Shown: positions 10,175 through 21,247 of the stretch, piece by piece
Layout: the number at the start of each line of letters is the position of its first letter
Numbering within the stretch: the stretch's first letter is position 1
From: an uncultured Pelagibacteraceae bacterium
Lineage (GTDB): Bacteria; Pseudomonadota; Alphaproteobacteria; Pelagibacterales; Pelagibacteraceae
Length of the DNA: 64,000 nucleotides
Assembly (NCBI GenBank): GCA_902612345.1
Contig: CACMDE010000002.1
Location: forward strand, 96,769 to 160,768
Direction: 5' to 3'
Program-made: the position numbers and the translations under genes
Notes under the pieces: generated by a model
Database searches by the model: none
What the model saw: only the letters and a program-made list of their open reading frames with translations
What the model was told of the DNA's origin: nothing

Positions 10175-11311
10175 ATGAGTGAAAATTTTTATATTAAGAA
10201 TGTATCAAAGAATGGAAGTTCTTTAGAAGTTGAATGGAATGATGGGATTAAAAGTCAATTTAATTACATGTGGTTAAGAGATAATTGTCCAACAGCTCAC
10301 GATCCAGATTCAAGACATAGAATGTTTAGCATTTTAAATGTCTCTGAAAAATTAAGTGCAAAAAATTTAAATATAAACAAAGATGGTAAATTAGAAGTAG
10401 AATGGAGTGAAGGTAATCATACAAGTTACTATGATCCAAATTGGTTAAGAGAAAACTGTTATACTATAAAAAATAAAAAGAAATATGTTTCTCCTTATGA
10501 TTTATGGGATTGCTCACTTGAAAAAAATTTAGAGACAATAATTATAAATTATAATGAAATAATGGAAACTAATGATGGTTTAATCAAATGGTTAGAACTT
10601 TTGCATCATAAGGGAATAGCAATAATTAAAAACGCTCCAACAGAAGAAAAGTCTGCTTTACCTGTTCTAAATAAAATAAGCCATACTAGAGAAACTTTTT
10701 TTAAAACACCCTTTGAAGTAATAAATATTCCAAAACCAAATAATTCAGCATATACAGCGCATGCTTTAAGAAATCATATGGACTTACCTTGGTTTGAAAA
10801 TCCTCCAGGATATCAGTTTTTACATTGTTTAGTTAATTCTGCTAAAGGAGGAGACTCTTCAGCTGTAGATGCATTTGCGGTAGCAGATTATTTGAGAAAA
10901 AATGAAAAAGACATTTTTGATATACTTGTGAATGTACCTCTTAAATTTAGAGATAAAGATTATACCCAAGAGGCGATAAGAAGCGTTTATGGTACAGCAA
11001 TATCTTTAACAAAGGATGGAGATTATAATGATATCAGATACAGTATTGCAACACTTGATACTCTTGATTGTCACCCAGATATAATGGAAAAAGTATATAA
11101 AGCACACCACAGATTTGGAAATTTATTACACGACAGTAAATTTCAAATTAATTTTAGACTAGAGCCAGGTGATATTTTTTGCTTTAATAACAGAAGATTA
11201 CTTCACGGCAGAACAGAATTTGATCCAAATTCAGGTAATAGACATTTACAGGGATATTATATGGATAGAGATGAAATTATTGGAAGACTAAATTATTTAA
11301 AAAATTTATAA
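10175..11311 (+). CDS. Gamma-butyrobetaine hydroxylase-like Fe(II)/2OG dioxygenase (BBOX/TmpA family)
   Basis: N-terminal WLRDNC and H-x-S-x-Y...WLR domain, HMDLP (HxD), QFLHCL, FNNRRLLHGRT, RHLQGYYMD. Confidence 0.85.
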   Translation: MSENFYIKNVSKNGSSLEVEWNDGIKSQFNYMWLRDNCPTAHDPDSRHRMFSILNVSEKLSAKNLNINKDGKLEVEWSEGNHTSYYDPNWLRENCYTIKNKKKYVSPYDLWDCSLEKNLETIIINYNEIMETNDGLIKWLELLHHKGIAIIKNAPTEEKSALPVLNKISHTRETFFKTPFEVINIPKPNNSAYTAHALRNHMDLPWFENPPGYQFLHCLVNSAKGGDSSAVDAFAVADYLRKNEKDIFDILVNVPLKFRDKDYTQEAIRSVYGTAISLTKDGDYNDIRYSIATLDTLDCHPDIMEKVYKAHHRFGNLLHDSKFQINFRLEPGDIFCFNNRRLLHGRTEFDPNSGNRHLQGYYMDRDEIIGRLNYLKNL

Positions 11312-11938
11312 ATTTTCAAAAATAAGATTACTGTTTGAATATTTCTTAAAATCCTTTTTATTTTTAATTGTATAAAAATATTTTTCTTTTTTAATTTTAT
11401 TTATTTCACTGCTTTTTAGAAAATACTTATCTAAAATTAAACAATTGACATCTTTATTTTTAGATTTTTTTGTTATTATTTTAATACTAGTGGATGGAGA
11501 ATATGAAAGTCCAACTTTTGTTTTTCTTTTTATTTTTATTATTCTATAAATATTTTTTTCTTTAAAAGAAATAAATACACATTTCTTATATTTTTTAGTC
11601 TCATATAATAATTTACTTAATAATTTATTTGAGAAAAGTGGTTTAATTTCTATAAATAAATCAAATTTATTTTTTGAAAGTTTCAATAAATCTTTTAGCA
11701 GTGGTATTGGATTTTTTTTTGTTAAGTTGAGTATTTCGGTATAACTTAGGTTTTTTATACTTTTGTTGATTTTATGAATTCTTTTTAAAGTAAAGTCATG
11801 GAAGCAAACAAACTCACCATCTTTTGTGGCATGAATATCTGTTTCAATTCCATAGCCTTTTTTAAATGAAATTTTAAATGAATTTAGTAAGTTTTCTTTA
11901 TAATTTTTATTTACAATACCTCTATGTATTAAATGCAT
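11306..11938 (-). CDS. Glycerophosphodiester phosphodiesterase family protein
   Basis: IHRG, EN, GIETDIHATKDG, FHDFTLKR, IEIK. Confidence 0.85.
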   Translation of the reverse strand: MHLIHRGIVNKNYKENLLNSFKISFKKGYGIETDIHATKDGEFVCFHDFTLKRIHKINKSIKNLSYTEILNLTKKNPIPLLKDLLKLSKNKFDLFIEIKPLFSNKLLSKLLYETKKYKKCVFISFKEKNIYRIIKIKRKTKVGLSYSPSTSIKIITKKSKNKDVNCLILDKYFLKSSEINKIKKEKYFYTIKNKKDFKKYSNSNLIFENL

Positions 11939-11953
11939 TAAGATTAAATATGT

Positions 11954-13384
11954 TTATTTCCAGCCTGTTACTGTTTTTACTTCTAAATATTCTTCTAAAC
12001 CCCAGACTCCACCTTCACGTCCGTTACCTGATTGTCTATACCCACCAAATGGCGTTCCTGGATCAGCTCCTTTTCCATTTATATAAACGCAACCTGATCT
12101 AAGTTCTTTTGCAACCCTATGAGCTTTCTCTTTATTTTCTGTTTGTAGATAATTTCCTAAACCATATGAAGTGTCATTAACAATTTTAATTGCTTCCTCC
12201 TCTTTTTCGAAAGGAATAATTGATAAGACTGGCCCAAAGATTTCTTCTTTTGCAATTCTCATATCATTTGTAACATCAGTAAAGATTGTTGGTTTAATGA
12301 AATATCCTTTATTTAAGCCATTTGGTCTATCAGGTCCTCCTGCTGCTAAAGTTGCTCCTTCTGATATACCGCTTTCAATTAAATTAATTATTTTATCGTA
12401 TTGAGTTTTTGAAATAACCGGACCTATGTGATCACCTTTTTTTGAACCTACATCTACTTGAATTTTATTTGCTTCATCCACTGCTTCATCTACAGCTCTT
12501 TGATAAATTGATTTCTCAACAAGCATTCTAGTTGGTGCATCGCATGATTGACCAGAATTGCTCATCACATTTCTAATTCCATCTCTTACAGCGTTTGGAT
12601 AAGAGTCTGCAAAAACTATATTTCCACCTTTTCCTCCAAGCTCTAAGCAAATTCTTTTAATTGTTTCGGCGGCATTTTTAGAAATTAATTTTCCTGCTCT
12701 AGTTGATCCAGTAAATGAAACCATATCAATATTTGGATGACCTGAAATATGAGTGCCAACTCCAGCACCATCTCCGTTAATTAAATTAAAAACACCCGCA
12801 GGAAAGTCAGCTTCATCGATCATTTCAGCAAATAGCATTCCTGATATAGGAGCAATTTCTGAAGGTTTTAAAATCATTGTACATCCAGTTGCAATTGCAG
12901 GAACAACCTTTAATGCAATTTGATTGATAGGCCAGTTCCATGGCGTGATTAATCCACAAACACCTATTGGTTCATAACAAATATGGTTATTTGATTTAGA
13001 GTCAAAATGTTCATCGAAATTAAATTCTTTTAATCTTAAAATGAAATCCTCTAAATGAGCTTGGCCTGATCCTGTTTGAACCTCTGTAGCCCAATCCATT
13101 GGTGCACCCATTTCATCCGAAATAGCTTTTGCCATTTCATTAAATCTTTTTTTATAAACATCTAATAGCTTTTCTAATAGTTTAAGCCTTTCTTCTTTTG
13201 ATGTTTTTTTCCAACTCTCAAAAGCAGTTTTTGCGGCTTTGACCGCTTTATCAATATCCTCTTTTGATCCAAGTGAAATTACAGCATAGGAATCTTCGTT
13301 TGAGGGATTAATTACTTCTAGGTCATTTGGTTTTGAAGGAGATACCCATTTACCATTAATATAAAATTTTCTTTTATCTAACAT
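11954..13384 (-). CDS. Aldehyde dehydrogenase
   Basis: ITPWNWP, SFTGST, LELGGK, catalytic GQSC, EEIFGPVL. Confidence 0.92.
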   Translation of the reverse strand: MLDKRKFYINGKWVSPSKPNDLEVINPSNEDSYAVISLGSKEDIDKAVKAAKTAFESWKKTSKEERLKLLEKLLDVYKKRFNEMAKAISDEMGAPMDWATEVQTGSGQAHLEDFILRLKEFNFDEHFDSKSNNHICYEPIGVCGLITPWNWPINQIALKVVPAIATGCTMILKPSEIAPISGMLFAEMIDEADFPAGVFNLINGDGAGVGTHISGHPNIDMVSFTGSTRAGKLISKNAAETIKRICLELGGKGGNIVFADSYPNAVRDGIRNVMSNSGQSCDAPTRMLVEKSIYQRAVDEAVDEANKIQVDVGSKKGDHIGPVISKTQYDKIINLIESGISEGATLAAGGPDRPNGLNKGYFIKPTIFTDVTNDMRIAKEEIFGPVLSIIPFEKEEEAIKIVNDTSYGLGNYLQTENKEKAHRVAKELRSGCVYINGKGADPGTPFGGYRQSGNGREGGVWGLEEYLEVKTVTGWK

Positions 13385-14326
13385 TTAAACTTCCTGTCCT
13401 TTTTCCTCAGGTTCATTATCAACTAACTCATCTGGGAATCCTTTTTCTCTAAAGCTTATACCATATTTATCTTCTAATCTTTTAACAACCATTGATGACC
13501 AGGCTCTAGACCCAAATCTTTCTTTAGCGTCCTTAAAAATATTCAAGACAAAAGGAGCAATCTCCAATTCAATATCTTGATCTTTTGAAAGTTTATTAAA
13601 AAGGGACATATCTTTTTCAACTAGGTCCATAGTAAAGTTAATATTATAAGAACCATTTAATATTACTTGGCTTTCAGTTTCGTGAACAAAAGAATTACCT
13701 GATGAAATCTTAATTCCCTCAAAAGCTTTTTTTAAATCTAAATTATGTTTTTTAGCAACAGTCCAAGCTTCACCTAAAGCGGCTAAATGTACAGATGCTA
13801 AATAATTAGTAATCACTTTTAATATTGAAGCCGAACCTAATTCTCCTACATGAAGTATTTTTCTTCCCATGCAAGTTAATAATGGAAGAACTCTATCAAA
13901 TGTTTTTCTCTCACCGCCAACAAATATTGCTATATTTCCAGTAGCTGCTCTATGGCAGCCCCCACTTACTGGAGCCTCTAAAGGAATTGCATTTTTTTCT
14001 TTAATTAGTTTTCCTAGTCTGTTGACTTCTTTTTGATCGGTTGTGCTCATTTCAATCCAAATTTTGTCTTTTGAAATATTTTTTAATATTCCATTTTCAT
14101 TAAGCATAACCTCTGAACAAATTTTTGGAGAAGGTAAACATGTAATAATAACGTCAACATTTTTAACAAGGTCACCAACAGAATTTGCAACATTTACACC
14201 TTTTGATTTAAATTCACCAGCGACACTTTTGTCTAAATCATATACAGTCAAGTCAAATTTATTTCTAAACAAGCTACCTGCAAGTTTTCCACCAACGTTT
14301 CCGAGTCCTATAAATCCAATTTTCAT
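13385..14326 (-). CDS. Beta-hydroxyacid dehydrogenase (3-hydroxyisobutyrate dehydrogenase family)
   Basis: IGFIGLGNVG, EAPVSGG, catalytic Lys in LKVITN. Confidence 0.85.
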   Translation of the reverse strand: MKIGFIGLGNVGGKLAGSLFRNKFDLTVYDLDKSVAGEFKSKGVNVANSVGDLVKNVDVIITCLPSPKICSEVMLNENGILKNISKDKIWIEMSTTDQKEVNRLGKLIKEKNAIPLEAPVSGGCHRAATGNIAIFVGGERKTFDRVLPLLTCMGRKILHVGELGSASILKVITNYLASVHLAALGEAWTVAKKHNLDLKKAFEGIKISSGNSFVHETESQVILNGSYNINFTMDLVEKDMSLFNKLSKDQDIELEIAPFVLNIFKDAKERFGSRAWSSMVVKRLEDKYGISFREKGFPDELVDNEPEEKGQEV

Positions 14327-14371
14327 TTTTTAATTTGTTGATCTATCTAATGATATATGTATTTTGAGTTC

Positions 14372-14941
14372 ATGAGCAAAGCATTTTTAGTTTATGGTCA
14401 TTATAATGATAAGTCATTTAACGCAGCAATAAAAGATACTTTTATAGAAACTGCAAAAAAACTTGGGCATACAGTTGATTGTGTAGATTTATATAAAGAA
14501 AATTTTAATCCTATTTTTGCAGGGGAAAAACCAGATGAAACTGTTCTTGATCATAGAAAAAGAATAGAAGAAGCCGACGCAATTGTTTTAATAGCTCCAA
14601 TATGGAACTTTAGAATGCCAGCAATTGTTGAAGGTTGGATAGACAAAGTTTTATCCCCACCATGGGCTTTCTCTTTCAAAAAAATCTTTGGAAATTACGG
14701 TTACCCAATAGGCAACTTAAAAGGTAAAAAAGCAATTGTATTTTGTACTTATGGATCACCTCAATTTGCAATCAGAACTTTTTTTTTAAACATGCCAACA
14801 AAAAGATTGAGAAGAGGGGTATTCAATATTTGTGGAATTTCGGATGTTATTTATAGAAGATATTTTTCTGTTCCATTCGTATCAGATGGAAAAAGAAAAA
14901 AGTTTCTTGATGATGTAAGAAATACAGTAGAAAAATTATGA
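14372..14941 (+). CDS. Flavodoxin-fold NAD(P)H dehydrogenase (quinone)
   Basis: GH...SFNAA, PIWNFRMPAIVEGWIDKV. Start at 14372 or 14357. Confidence 0.85.
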   Translation: MSKAFLVYGHYNDKSFNAAIKDTFIETAKKLGHTVDCVDLYKENFNPIFAGEKPDETVLDHRKRIEEADAIVLIAPIWNFRMPAIVEGWIDKVLSPPWAFSFKKIFGNYGYPIGNLKGKKAIVFCTYGSPQFAIRTFFLNMPTKRLRRGVFNICGISDVIYRRYFSVPFVSDGKRKKFLDDVRNTVEKL

Positions 14942-15399
14942 AAAATTTAATTAGATTATTAATATTATTTATCTTAAGTTCAAATATTACTCATGCTGAA
15001 ATAGTCAAACCTAATAATGGTATTGAGCCTTATCAAGTTGTTAAAATACAGTTACGTGGATTGATGAAAAACGATAATCCTAAAATGGACACAGGTATTG
15101 AACAAACATGGGAATTTGCTCACCCTCAAAATCAAAAATATACTGGGCCACTAGAAAACTTTAAAAAAATGTTAAAGGGCGATTCTTATTCAATGTTAAT
15201 AAATCATTTAGACCATGAAGTAGTAGAGGTTTACAACAACGATAAATTAGCAACTTTTGAAGTAACAGTTCTAGATAAGGATAAAAAATATTATAAATTT
15301 AAGTGGCAGGTAGAAAAATACTTAGGAGAAGGGCCATTAAATAATTGCTGGTTAACAACAGCGGTCTCTCAACCAACCCCCACAGGATCTTCAATCTAG
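14938..15399 (+). CDS. Periplasmic hypothetical protein (DUF4864-like)
   Basis: Signal peptide; PxxVVxIQL, WEFAHP-N, TGPLENF, CWLT pattern. Confidence 0.6.
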   Translation: MKNLIRLLILFILSSNITHAEIVKPNNGIEPYQVVKIQLRGLMKNDNPKMDTGIEQTWEFAHPQNQKYTGPLENFKKMLKGDSYSMLINHLDHEVVEVYNNDKLATFEVTVLDKDKKYYKFKWQVEKYLGEGPLNNCWLTTAVSQPTPTGSSI

Positions 15400-15468
15400 G
15401 TTAAACTGTAGCAGACGATCTAAAGAAATTTGTTTCGTAATTATTGAAAATTTAGTAGGAATCGGGCT

Positions 15469-17901
15469 ATGAAATCAAAAGCTAAAGTAGTCGTAGTAGG
15501 GGGTGGAGTTGTTGGTGTAAGCGCGCTTTATCATTTAGCAAAAAAAGGTTTGTCAGATGTTGTTCTTGTTGAAAGAAAAGAATTAACCTCAGGATCTACT
15601 TGGCATGCTGCAGGATTACTTCCTTTATTCAACATGAGTTATTCAGTTGGACAACTTCATAAGTATGCAGTCAACCTTTACAAAACTTTAGAAGAAGAAA
15701 CTGGAAAAAACGTTGGATTTAGCGTTGTGTCAAATATTAGATTAGCAAGTACCAAAGATAGAATGGATGAATATCATCAATACGCGGGTGTTGCACAAAC
15801 AATTGGTGTTGATGTAAAATTTTTAACTCCTGATCAAGTAAAAGAGATCTGGCCTCTATGTAATACTTCAGATTTACTTGGAGCAATTCAACACCCAGAA
15901 GATGGATATATTCAACCTGCAGATTTAACACAAGCGCTTGCAACAGGAGCAAGAAATAGAGGAGCAGAAATTTATAGAAACACAACTGTTGTCGGAATGA
16001 AACAAACAAAAGATGGTTGGGTAGTTGAGACAGATAAAGGATCTATTGAATGTGAACACATAATTTCATGTTCTGGAAACTTTGCAAGACAAACTGGAAA
16101 AATGGTAGGTTTAGATATTCCAGTTATACCAGTCGAACATCAATACATTGTAACTGAACCGCATCCAGAAATTCAAAAGAGAAAAAAAGATGGCCTTCCT
16201 GAAATGGGAGTTTTAAGAGATAGTGATAGCAGATGGTATATGAGAGAAGAGGCTGGTGGTTTAATTTTAGGTCCATATGAAGATGGTGCACCATGCTGTT
16301 ATGTTAATGGACCAACAAAAGATTCTGAATATGAATTATTTCAAGAAGATTTAGACAGACTTGCACCTCATATTGAAGGGGCAATACACAGAGTTCCAGC
16401 TTTTGGAGAAGTTGGAGTTAAAAAAGTTTATAACGGAGCAATTTGTTATACACCTGATGGAAATCCAATTGTTGGACCGGCATGGGGATTAAAAAACTTT
16501 TGGATTAATGAAGGACATAGTTTTGGTATTACTGCAGCAGGTGGTGCTGGATGGCAATTAGCAGAATGGATTGTTGATGGAGAACCAACTATAGATATGC
16601 TTGGAGTTGAACCAAGAAGATATGGAGATTATTGTTCCAAAGCTTACTTGAAGGAAAAAAATGAGGAAGCTTACAGAAATGTATTTATAATTCACTATCC
16701 TGATGAAGAAAGAGGTGCTGCAAGACCACTAAGAACAGCACCATGTTATGATAGAATGAAAAACCTTGGAGCAGTTTTCGGTCAAAAATTTGGCTGGGAG
16801 AGACCAAACTTTTTTGCAACTGATGGCATGAAACAAGAGGATGATTGGTCATTTAGAAGATCGAATTGGTTTAAAGCAATAGAAAAAGAGTGTAAAAATG
16901 TAAAAGAAAATGTTGGACTTCTAGATATGTCTGCGTTTGCAAAATGTAGAATTAAAGGTCCAGGAGCAGAAGAATTTTTAGATAAATTAGTTGCAAACAA
17001 ATTACCAAAGAAAATTGGAAGAATAAATTTATGTCACGCTCTTAATACAAAAGGAGGTGTACACTCAGAATTTACTATTATGAGAGAATCCGAAAATAGT
17101 TTCTATCTAGTTTCTGCAGGTGCTTTCCAAAGATTAGATCATGATTGGATACAAAAATGGATGCCAAAGGATGGATCAGTGATTTTTGAAAATTTAACTA
17201 ATAGTATGGGTGTTTTAGTAGTATCCGGTCCAAAAGCTAGAGATTTAATGCAAAGAGTTTCGACTGACGATTTCTCTAATGAAAATTTCAAATGGCTGAG
17301 TTCTAAAATGGTTGATGTTGGACAAGCACCAGTTAATGCAATGAGAGTAAATTTTGTTGGTGAATTAGGTTGGGAATTACACCATCCAATCGAGTATCAA
17401 AACCATATATTCGATAAATTAATGGATGCAGGAACAGACTTGGGATTAAAACCCTATGGAATTAGAGCAATGAATAGTCTTAGAGTGGAGAAATCCTATA
17501 AACTAGTAGGGACTGAATTATCAATTGAATATTCTCCATATGAAAGTGGACTTGATAGATTTATTCATCCAAACAAAGGAAGTTTTATCGGTTTAGAAGC
17601 ACTTAATCAATGGAGAGAAAAAGGATTTGAAAATAAATTAGTTACATTAGAAATTCATAATACCACAGATGCTGATGTGCTAGGAAATAATCCAATATAT
17701 GAGAATGGTTCGGTCATTGGTAGAGCAACAGGTGGAGATTTTGGATTTAGATTAAATAAATCCATTGCTTTAGGAATGGTAAAACCAGAATTAGGAAACC
17801 CTGGGCAAAAATTGAAGATTGACATTTTAGGAAAAATGCACGAAGCAACAATTCTAGACGAAAGTCCATATGATCCTGAAAACAAATTATTGAGAGCTTA
17901 A
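15469..17901 (+). CDS. Dimethylglycine/sarcosine dehydrogenase-like FAD oxidoreductase with GcvT domain
   Basis: [51 protein letters not shown]. Coupled to etfBA. Confidence 0.88.
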   Translation: MKSKAKVVVVGGGVVGVSALYHLAKKGLSDVVLVERKELTSGSTWHAAGLLPLFNMSYSVGQLHKYAVNLYKTLEEETGKNVGFSVVSNIRLASTKDRMDEYHQYAGVAQTIGVDVKFLTPDQVKEIWPLCNTSDLLGAIQHPEDGYIQPADLTQALATGARNRGAEIYRNTTVVGMKQTKDGWVVETDKGSIECEHIISCSGNFARQTGKMVGLDIPVIPVEHQYIVTEPHPEIQKRKKDGLPEMGVLRDSDSRWYMREEAGGLILGPYEDGAPCCYVNGPTKDSEYELFQEDLDRLAPHIEGAIHRVPAFGEVGVKKVYNGAICYTPDGNPIVGPAWGLKNFWINEGHSFGITAAGGAGWQLAEWIVDGEPTIDMLGVEPRRYGDYCSKAYLKEKNEEAYRNVFIIHYPDEERGAARPLRTAPCYDRMKNLGAVFGQKFGWERPNFFATDGMKQEDDWSFRRSNWFKAIEKECKNVKENVGLLDMSAFAKCRIKGPGAEEFLDKLVANKLPKKIGRINLCHALNTKGGVHSEFTIMRESENSFYLVSAGAFQRLDHDWIQKWMPKDGSVIFENLTNSMGVLVVSGPKARDLMQRVSTDDFSNENFKWLSSKMVDVGQAPVNAMRVNFVGELGWELHHPIEYQNHIFDKLMDAGTDLGLKPYGIRAMNSLRVEKSYKLVGTELSIEYSPYESGLDRFIHPNKGSFIGLEALNQWREKGFENKLVTLEIHNTTDADVLGNNPIYENGSVIGRATGGDFGFRLNKSIALGMVKPELGNPGQKLKIDILGKMHEATILDESPYDPENKLLRA

Positions 17902-18650
17902 TGAAAATATTAGTCGCAGTAAAAAGAGTAATTGATTACAATGTACAAGTAAGAGTTAAAGAGGATAATACTGGTGTAGTTACAGACAACGTAAAAATGT
18001 CAACAAATCCACCCGATGACAATGCAGTTGAAGAGGCGGTAAAAATAAAAGAATCAGGAAAAGCAAAAGAGATTGTTGCAATTACTGTTGGAGAAGAAAA
18101 AGCACAAGAGACAGTAAGAAAAGCATTAGCTGTTGGCGCTGATAGAGGAATACATGTAAAAGTTGATGGTGTCATTGAACCTTTGGCTGTTTCAAAAATT
18201 TTACAAAAGATAGTAGATAAAGAAAAACCAGACTTAGTATTTATGGGTAAACAAGCAATAGATGATGATTGCAATCAAACTGGTCAAATGCTAGCAGCTT
18301 TACTTAATTGGCCTCAAGCAACTTTTGCTTCAAAAATAGAGGTAAAAGATAAAACTCTAGAAGTAACAAGAGAGGTAGATGAAGGATTAGAAACTATAGA
18401 GGTCAATGTCCCGGCAATTATAACATGTGATCTAAGACTAAATGAACCTAGGTATGCCTCTTTACCAAATATTATGAAAGCTAAAAAGAAACCAATTGAA
18501 CAAATAAATGCTTTAGATTTAGGAATAGATACTAAACCTAGAATAGATCAAATTAAAGTTGAAGAACCACCAAAACGAAAAGCGGGAATAAAAGTCGCAA
18601 ATGTTGAAGAATTAGTTCAAAAATTAAAAAATGAGGCTAAAGTAATATAA
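17901..18650 (+). CDS. etfB: Electron transfer flavoprotein beta subunit
   Basis: [48 protein letters not shown]. Confidence 0.96.
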   Translation: MKILVAVKRVIDYNVQVRVKEDNTGVVTDNVKMSTNPPDDNAVEEAVKIKESGKAKEIVAITVGEEKAQETVRKALAVGADRGIHVKVDGVIEPLAVSKILQKIVDKEKPDLVFMGKQAIDDDCNQTGQMLAALLNWPQATFASKIEVKDKTLEVTREVDEGLETIEVNVPAIITCDLRLNEPRYASLPNIMKAKKKPIEQINALDLGIDTKPRIDQIKVEEPPKRKAGIKVANVEELVQKLKNEAKVI

Positions 18651-19603
18651 TGTCGTCACTTCTAATAGCAGAACATAATAATAATGAGGTAAAACCATTT
18701 ACTTTAAATGCAATTACAGCAGCGTCTCAAATAGACTCAGATTTACATGTCTTGGTTTTAGGTCATAACTCAGAGGCTGTTGCAAAATCAATTTCAGAAA
18801 TTCCAAATGTAAAAAAGGTAATACATGTAGATGATGAAATTTATAAAAATTATATTGCTGAAAACTTTACCTCTGCAGTAGTCAAACATGCTGAAAGTTA
18901 TTCACATATAGTTTGTTCAGCTAATACATTTGGAAAAAACTTAATGCCAAGAATAGCAGCATTATTGGATATTTCTCAAGTGAGCGACATAATCAAAGTT
19001 ATATCCTCAGATACATTTTTAAGACCTATTTATGCAGGAAATGCTTTTGCAACAGTCAAAAGTAATGATGCAAAAAAATGTATTACAATACGACCAACAT
19101 CATTTGAACCAGCAGAAACATCTGGAGGTTCCGCTGAAATAGTAAAAGGAGATGCTGGGGAACCATCAAATCATACAAAATTCATTAAGAAGGAAGAAAT
19201 TAAATCTGATAGACCGGAATTAGGTACTGCACGAATAGTTATTTCTGGTGGAAGAGGAATGCAAAGTGGAGAAAATTTTAAATTAATACAAGATGTTGCT
19301 GATAAACTAAACGCAGCAATAGGTGCTTCAAGAGCGGCAGTGGACGCAGGATATATAACTAATGATCATCAAGTTGGTCAAACAGGGAAAGTAGTAGTCC
19401 CAGATTTATATATTGCGGTTGGAATATCTGGTGCCATTCAACACCTTGCTGGGATGAAAGAGAGCAAGATAATTGTCGCAATTAACAAAGATGGAGAAGC
19501 TCCAATATTTAGTGTTGCAGATTATGGGTTAGAAGCAGATTTGTTTGATGCGTTACCAAAATTTCTAGCAGAGTTGAACAAATTAAACACTATACAAAAA
19601 TAA
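18650..19603 (+). CDS. etfA: Electron transfer flavoprotein alpha subunit
   Basis: RPIYAGNA, SGGRG, GASRAAVDAG, QVGQTGK, GISGAIQHLAGMK. Confidence 0.96.
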   Translation: MSSLLIAEHNNNEVKPFTLNAITAASQIDSDLHVLVLGHNSEAVAKSISEIPNVKKVIHVDDEIYKNYIAENFTSAVVKHAESYSHIVCSANTFGKNLMPRIAALLDISQVSDIIKVISSDTFLRPIYAGNAFATVKSNDAKKCITIRPTSFEPAETSGGSAEIVKGDAGEPSNHTKFIKKEEIKSDRPELGTARIVISGGRGMQSGENFKLIQDVADKLNAAIGASRAAVDAGYITNDHQVGQTGKVVVPDLYIAVGISGAIQHLAGMKESKIIVAINKDGEAPIFSVADYGLEADLFDALPKFLAELNKLNTIQK

Positions 19604-19626
19604 CAAATACTATAGAAAATAACATT

Positions 19627-21246
19627 ATGTCCAGAGAAGTGATGGAATACGATGTAGTAATCGTAGGTGGCGGACCGTCAGGACTTTCAACTGCTATAAA
19701 ATTAAAGCAGTTAAATCCAGATATTAATGTCTGCTTATTAGAAAAAGCATCTGAAATAGGTGCACATATCTTATCAGGCAATGTTTTTGAAACTAGAGCC
19801 TTAGATGAATTATTTCCAAACTGGAAAGAATTGAAAGCACCAATTGAAACTAAAGTAAGTAAAGAAAAATTTCTTTTTTTAGGTAAAGAAAAATCAATAA
19901 GTTGGCCTACTTGGTTATTACCTAAAGTACAACAAAATCATAATAATTATATTATAAGCTTAGCAAATTTATGCAGATGGTTGGGTGAGCAAGCTGAAAA
20001 CTTAGGTGTAGAAATATTTCCAGGTTTTCCTGCGAGCGAAATTCTATACAATGAGGATGGGTCCGTTAAAGGAGTTGCAACCCAAGATATGGGTATAGAT
20101 AAAGAAGGAAATAAAAAAGATAGCTTTGAACCAGGCATAGAATTGCAAGCAAAAGTAACTGTATTTGCTGAAGGATGTAGAGGTCATTTAGGAAAAGAAT
20201 TAATTAATAAGTTTGAGTTAAGTAAAGATAAAGATCCACAACAATATGGAATTGGTTTTAAAGAAATTTGGGAAATAAATGAAAACAATCATGAAGAAGG
20301 TTTAGTTATGCATACAGCAGGCTGGCCATTAGATAACAATACCTACGGTGGAAGTTTTGTTTATCATGCAAAAAATAAACAAGTTTATTTAGGATATGTA
20401 ATTGGTCTTGATTATCAAAATCCATATTTGTCACCGTTTGATGAATTTCAAAGATTTAAGACGCATCCCGCAATTAAAAAAATGCTAGAGGGTGGAAAAA
20501 GAATATCTTATGGTGCCAGAGCTCTTATAGAGGGTGGGATACAAAGTTTGCCAAAAATGTATATGCCAGGGGCTTTATTAGTTGGTTGTGATGCAGGAAC
20601 TTTAAACATGCCAAAAATAAAAGGTTCACACACTGCGATGAAAAGTGGAATGATTGCAGCAGAAACTATAAATAACCACCTAAAAGATAACGAAAATTTA
20701 TCTACTTACGAAAAACTTTTTAAACAAAGTTGGGTATATAAAGAACTTCATGAAGCTAGAAATGTAAAACCTAGTTTTAATTGGGGTTTAATAATTGGTA
20801 TTTTATTTACAGGTATCGATCAAATTTTATTTAGAGGAAAACTTCCATTTACACTTAAACATAAGCATGCTGATCATGAAACTTTGAAAACGGCAAACGA
20901 AATGCCAAAAATTGAATATCCTAAACCAGATAATGTAATAACATTTGATAAAACAAGTTCTGTCTATCTAACCGGAACTAATCATGTAGATAATCAACCT
21001 GTACATTTAAAATTAAAAGATGCTGAGCTACCTATTAAATATAATTTAGAAAAATATGATGAACCTGCGCAAAGGTATTGTCCAGCTGGTGTTTATGAGG
21101 TCCAGCATGAAAATAATTTACCAAAATTTGTTATAAATTCTCAAAATTGTATACATTGCAAAACTTGTGACATTAAAGAGCCTTCTCAAAATATAACTTG
21201 GGTAACACCGGAAGGTGGTGGCGGTCCTAAATATGGAAATATGTAA
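19627..21246 (+). CDS. ETF-ubiquinone oxidoreductase
   Basis: DVVIVGGGPSG, GAHILSG, PKIKGSHTAMKSG, C-terminal RYCPAGVYE and NCIHCKTCDIK Fe-S ligands. Confidence 0.95.
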   Translation: MSREVMEYDVVIVGGGPSGLSTAIKLKQLNPDINVCLLEKASEIGAHILSGNVFETRALDELFPNWKELKAPIETKVSKEKFLFLGKEKSISWPTWLLPKVQQNHNNYIISLANLCRWLGEQAENLGVEIFPGFPASEILYNEDGSVKGVATQDMGIDKEGNKKDSFEPGIELQAKVTVFAEGCRGHLGKELINKFELSKDKDPQQYGIGFKEIWEINENNHEEGLVMHTAGWPLDNNTYGGSFVYHAKNKQVYLGYVIGLDYQNPYLSPFDEFQRFKTHPAIKKMLEGGKRISYGARALIEGGIQSLPKMYMPGALLVGCDAGTLNMPKIKGSHTAMKSGMIAAETINNHLKDNENLSTYEKLFKQSWVYKELHEARNVKPSFNWGLIIGILFTGIDQILFRGKLPFTLKHKHADHETLKTANEMPKIEYPKPDNVITFDKTSSVYLTGTNHVDNQPVHLKLKDAELPIKYNLEKYDEPAQRYCPAGVYEVQHENNLPKFVINSQNCIHCKTCDIKEPSQNITWVTPEGGGGPKYGNM

Positions 21247-21247
21247 A

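Noticed and set aside
10175-11311. Calling this gene tmpA because a TmpB-like gene is nearby
   Set aside because: The HMDLP active-site segment looks closer to butyrobetaine hydroxylases than to the HTDNPY pattern I recall for TmpA, and it sits with carnitine-pathway genes. Left unassigned pending phylogeny.
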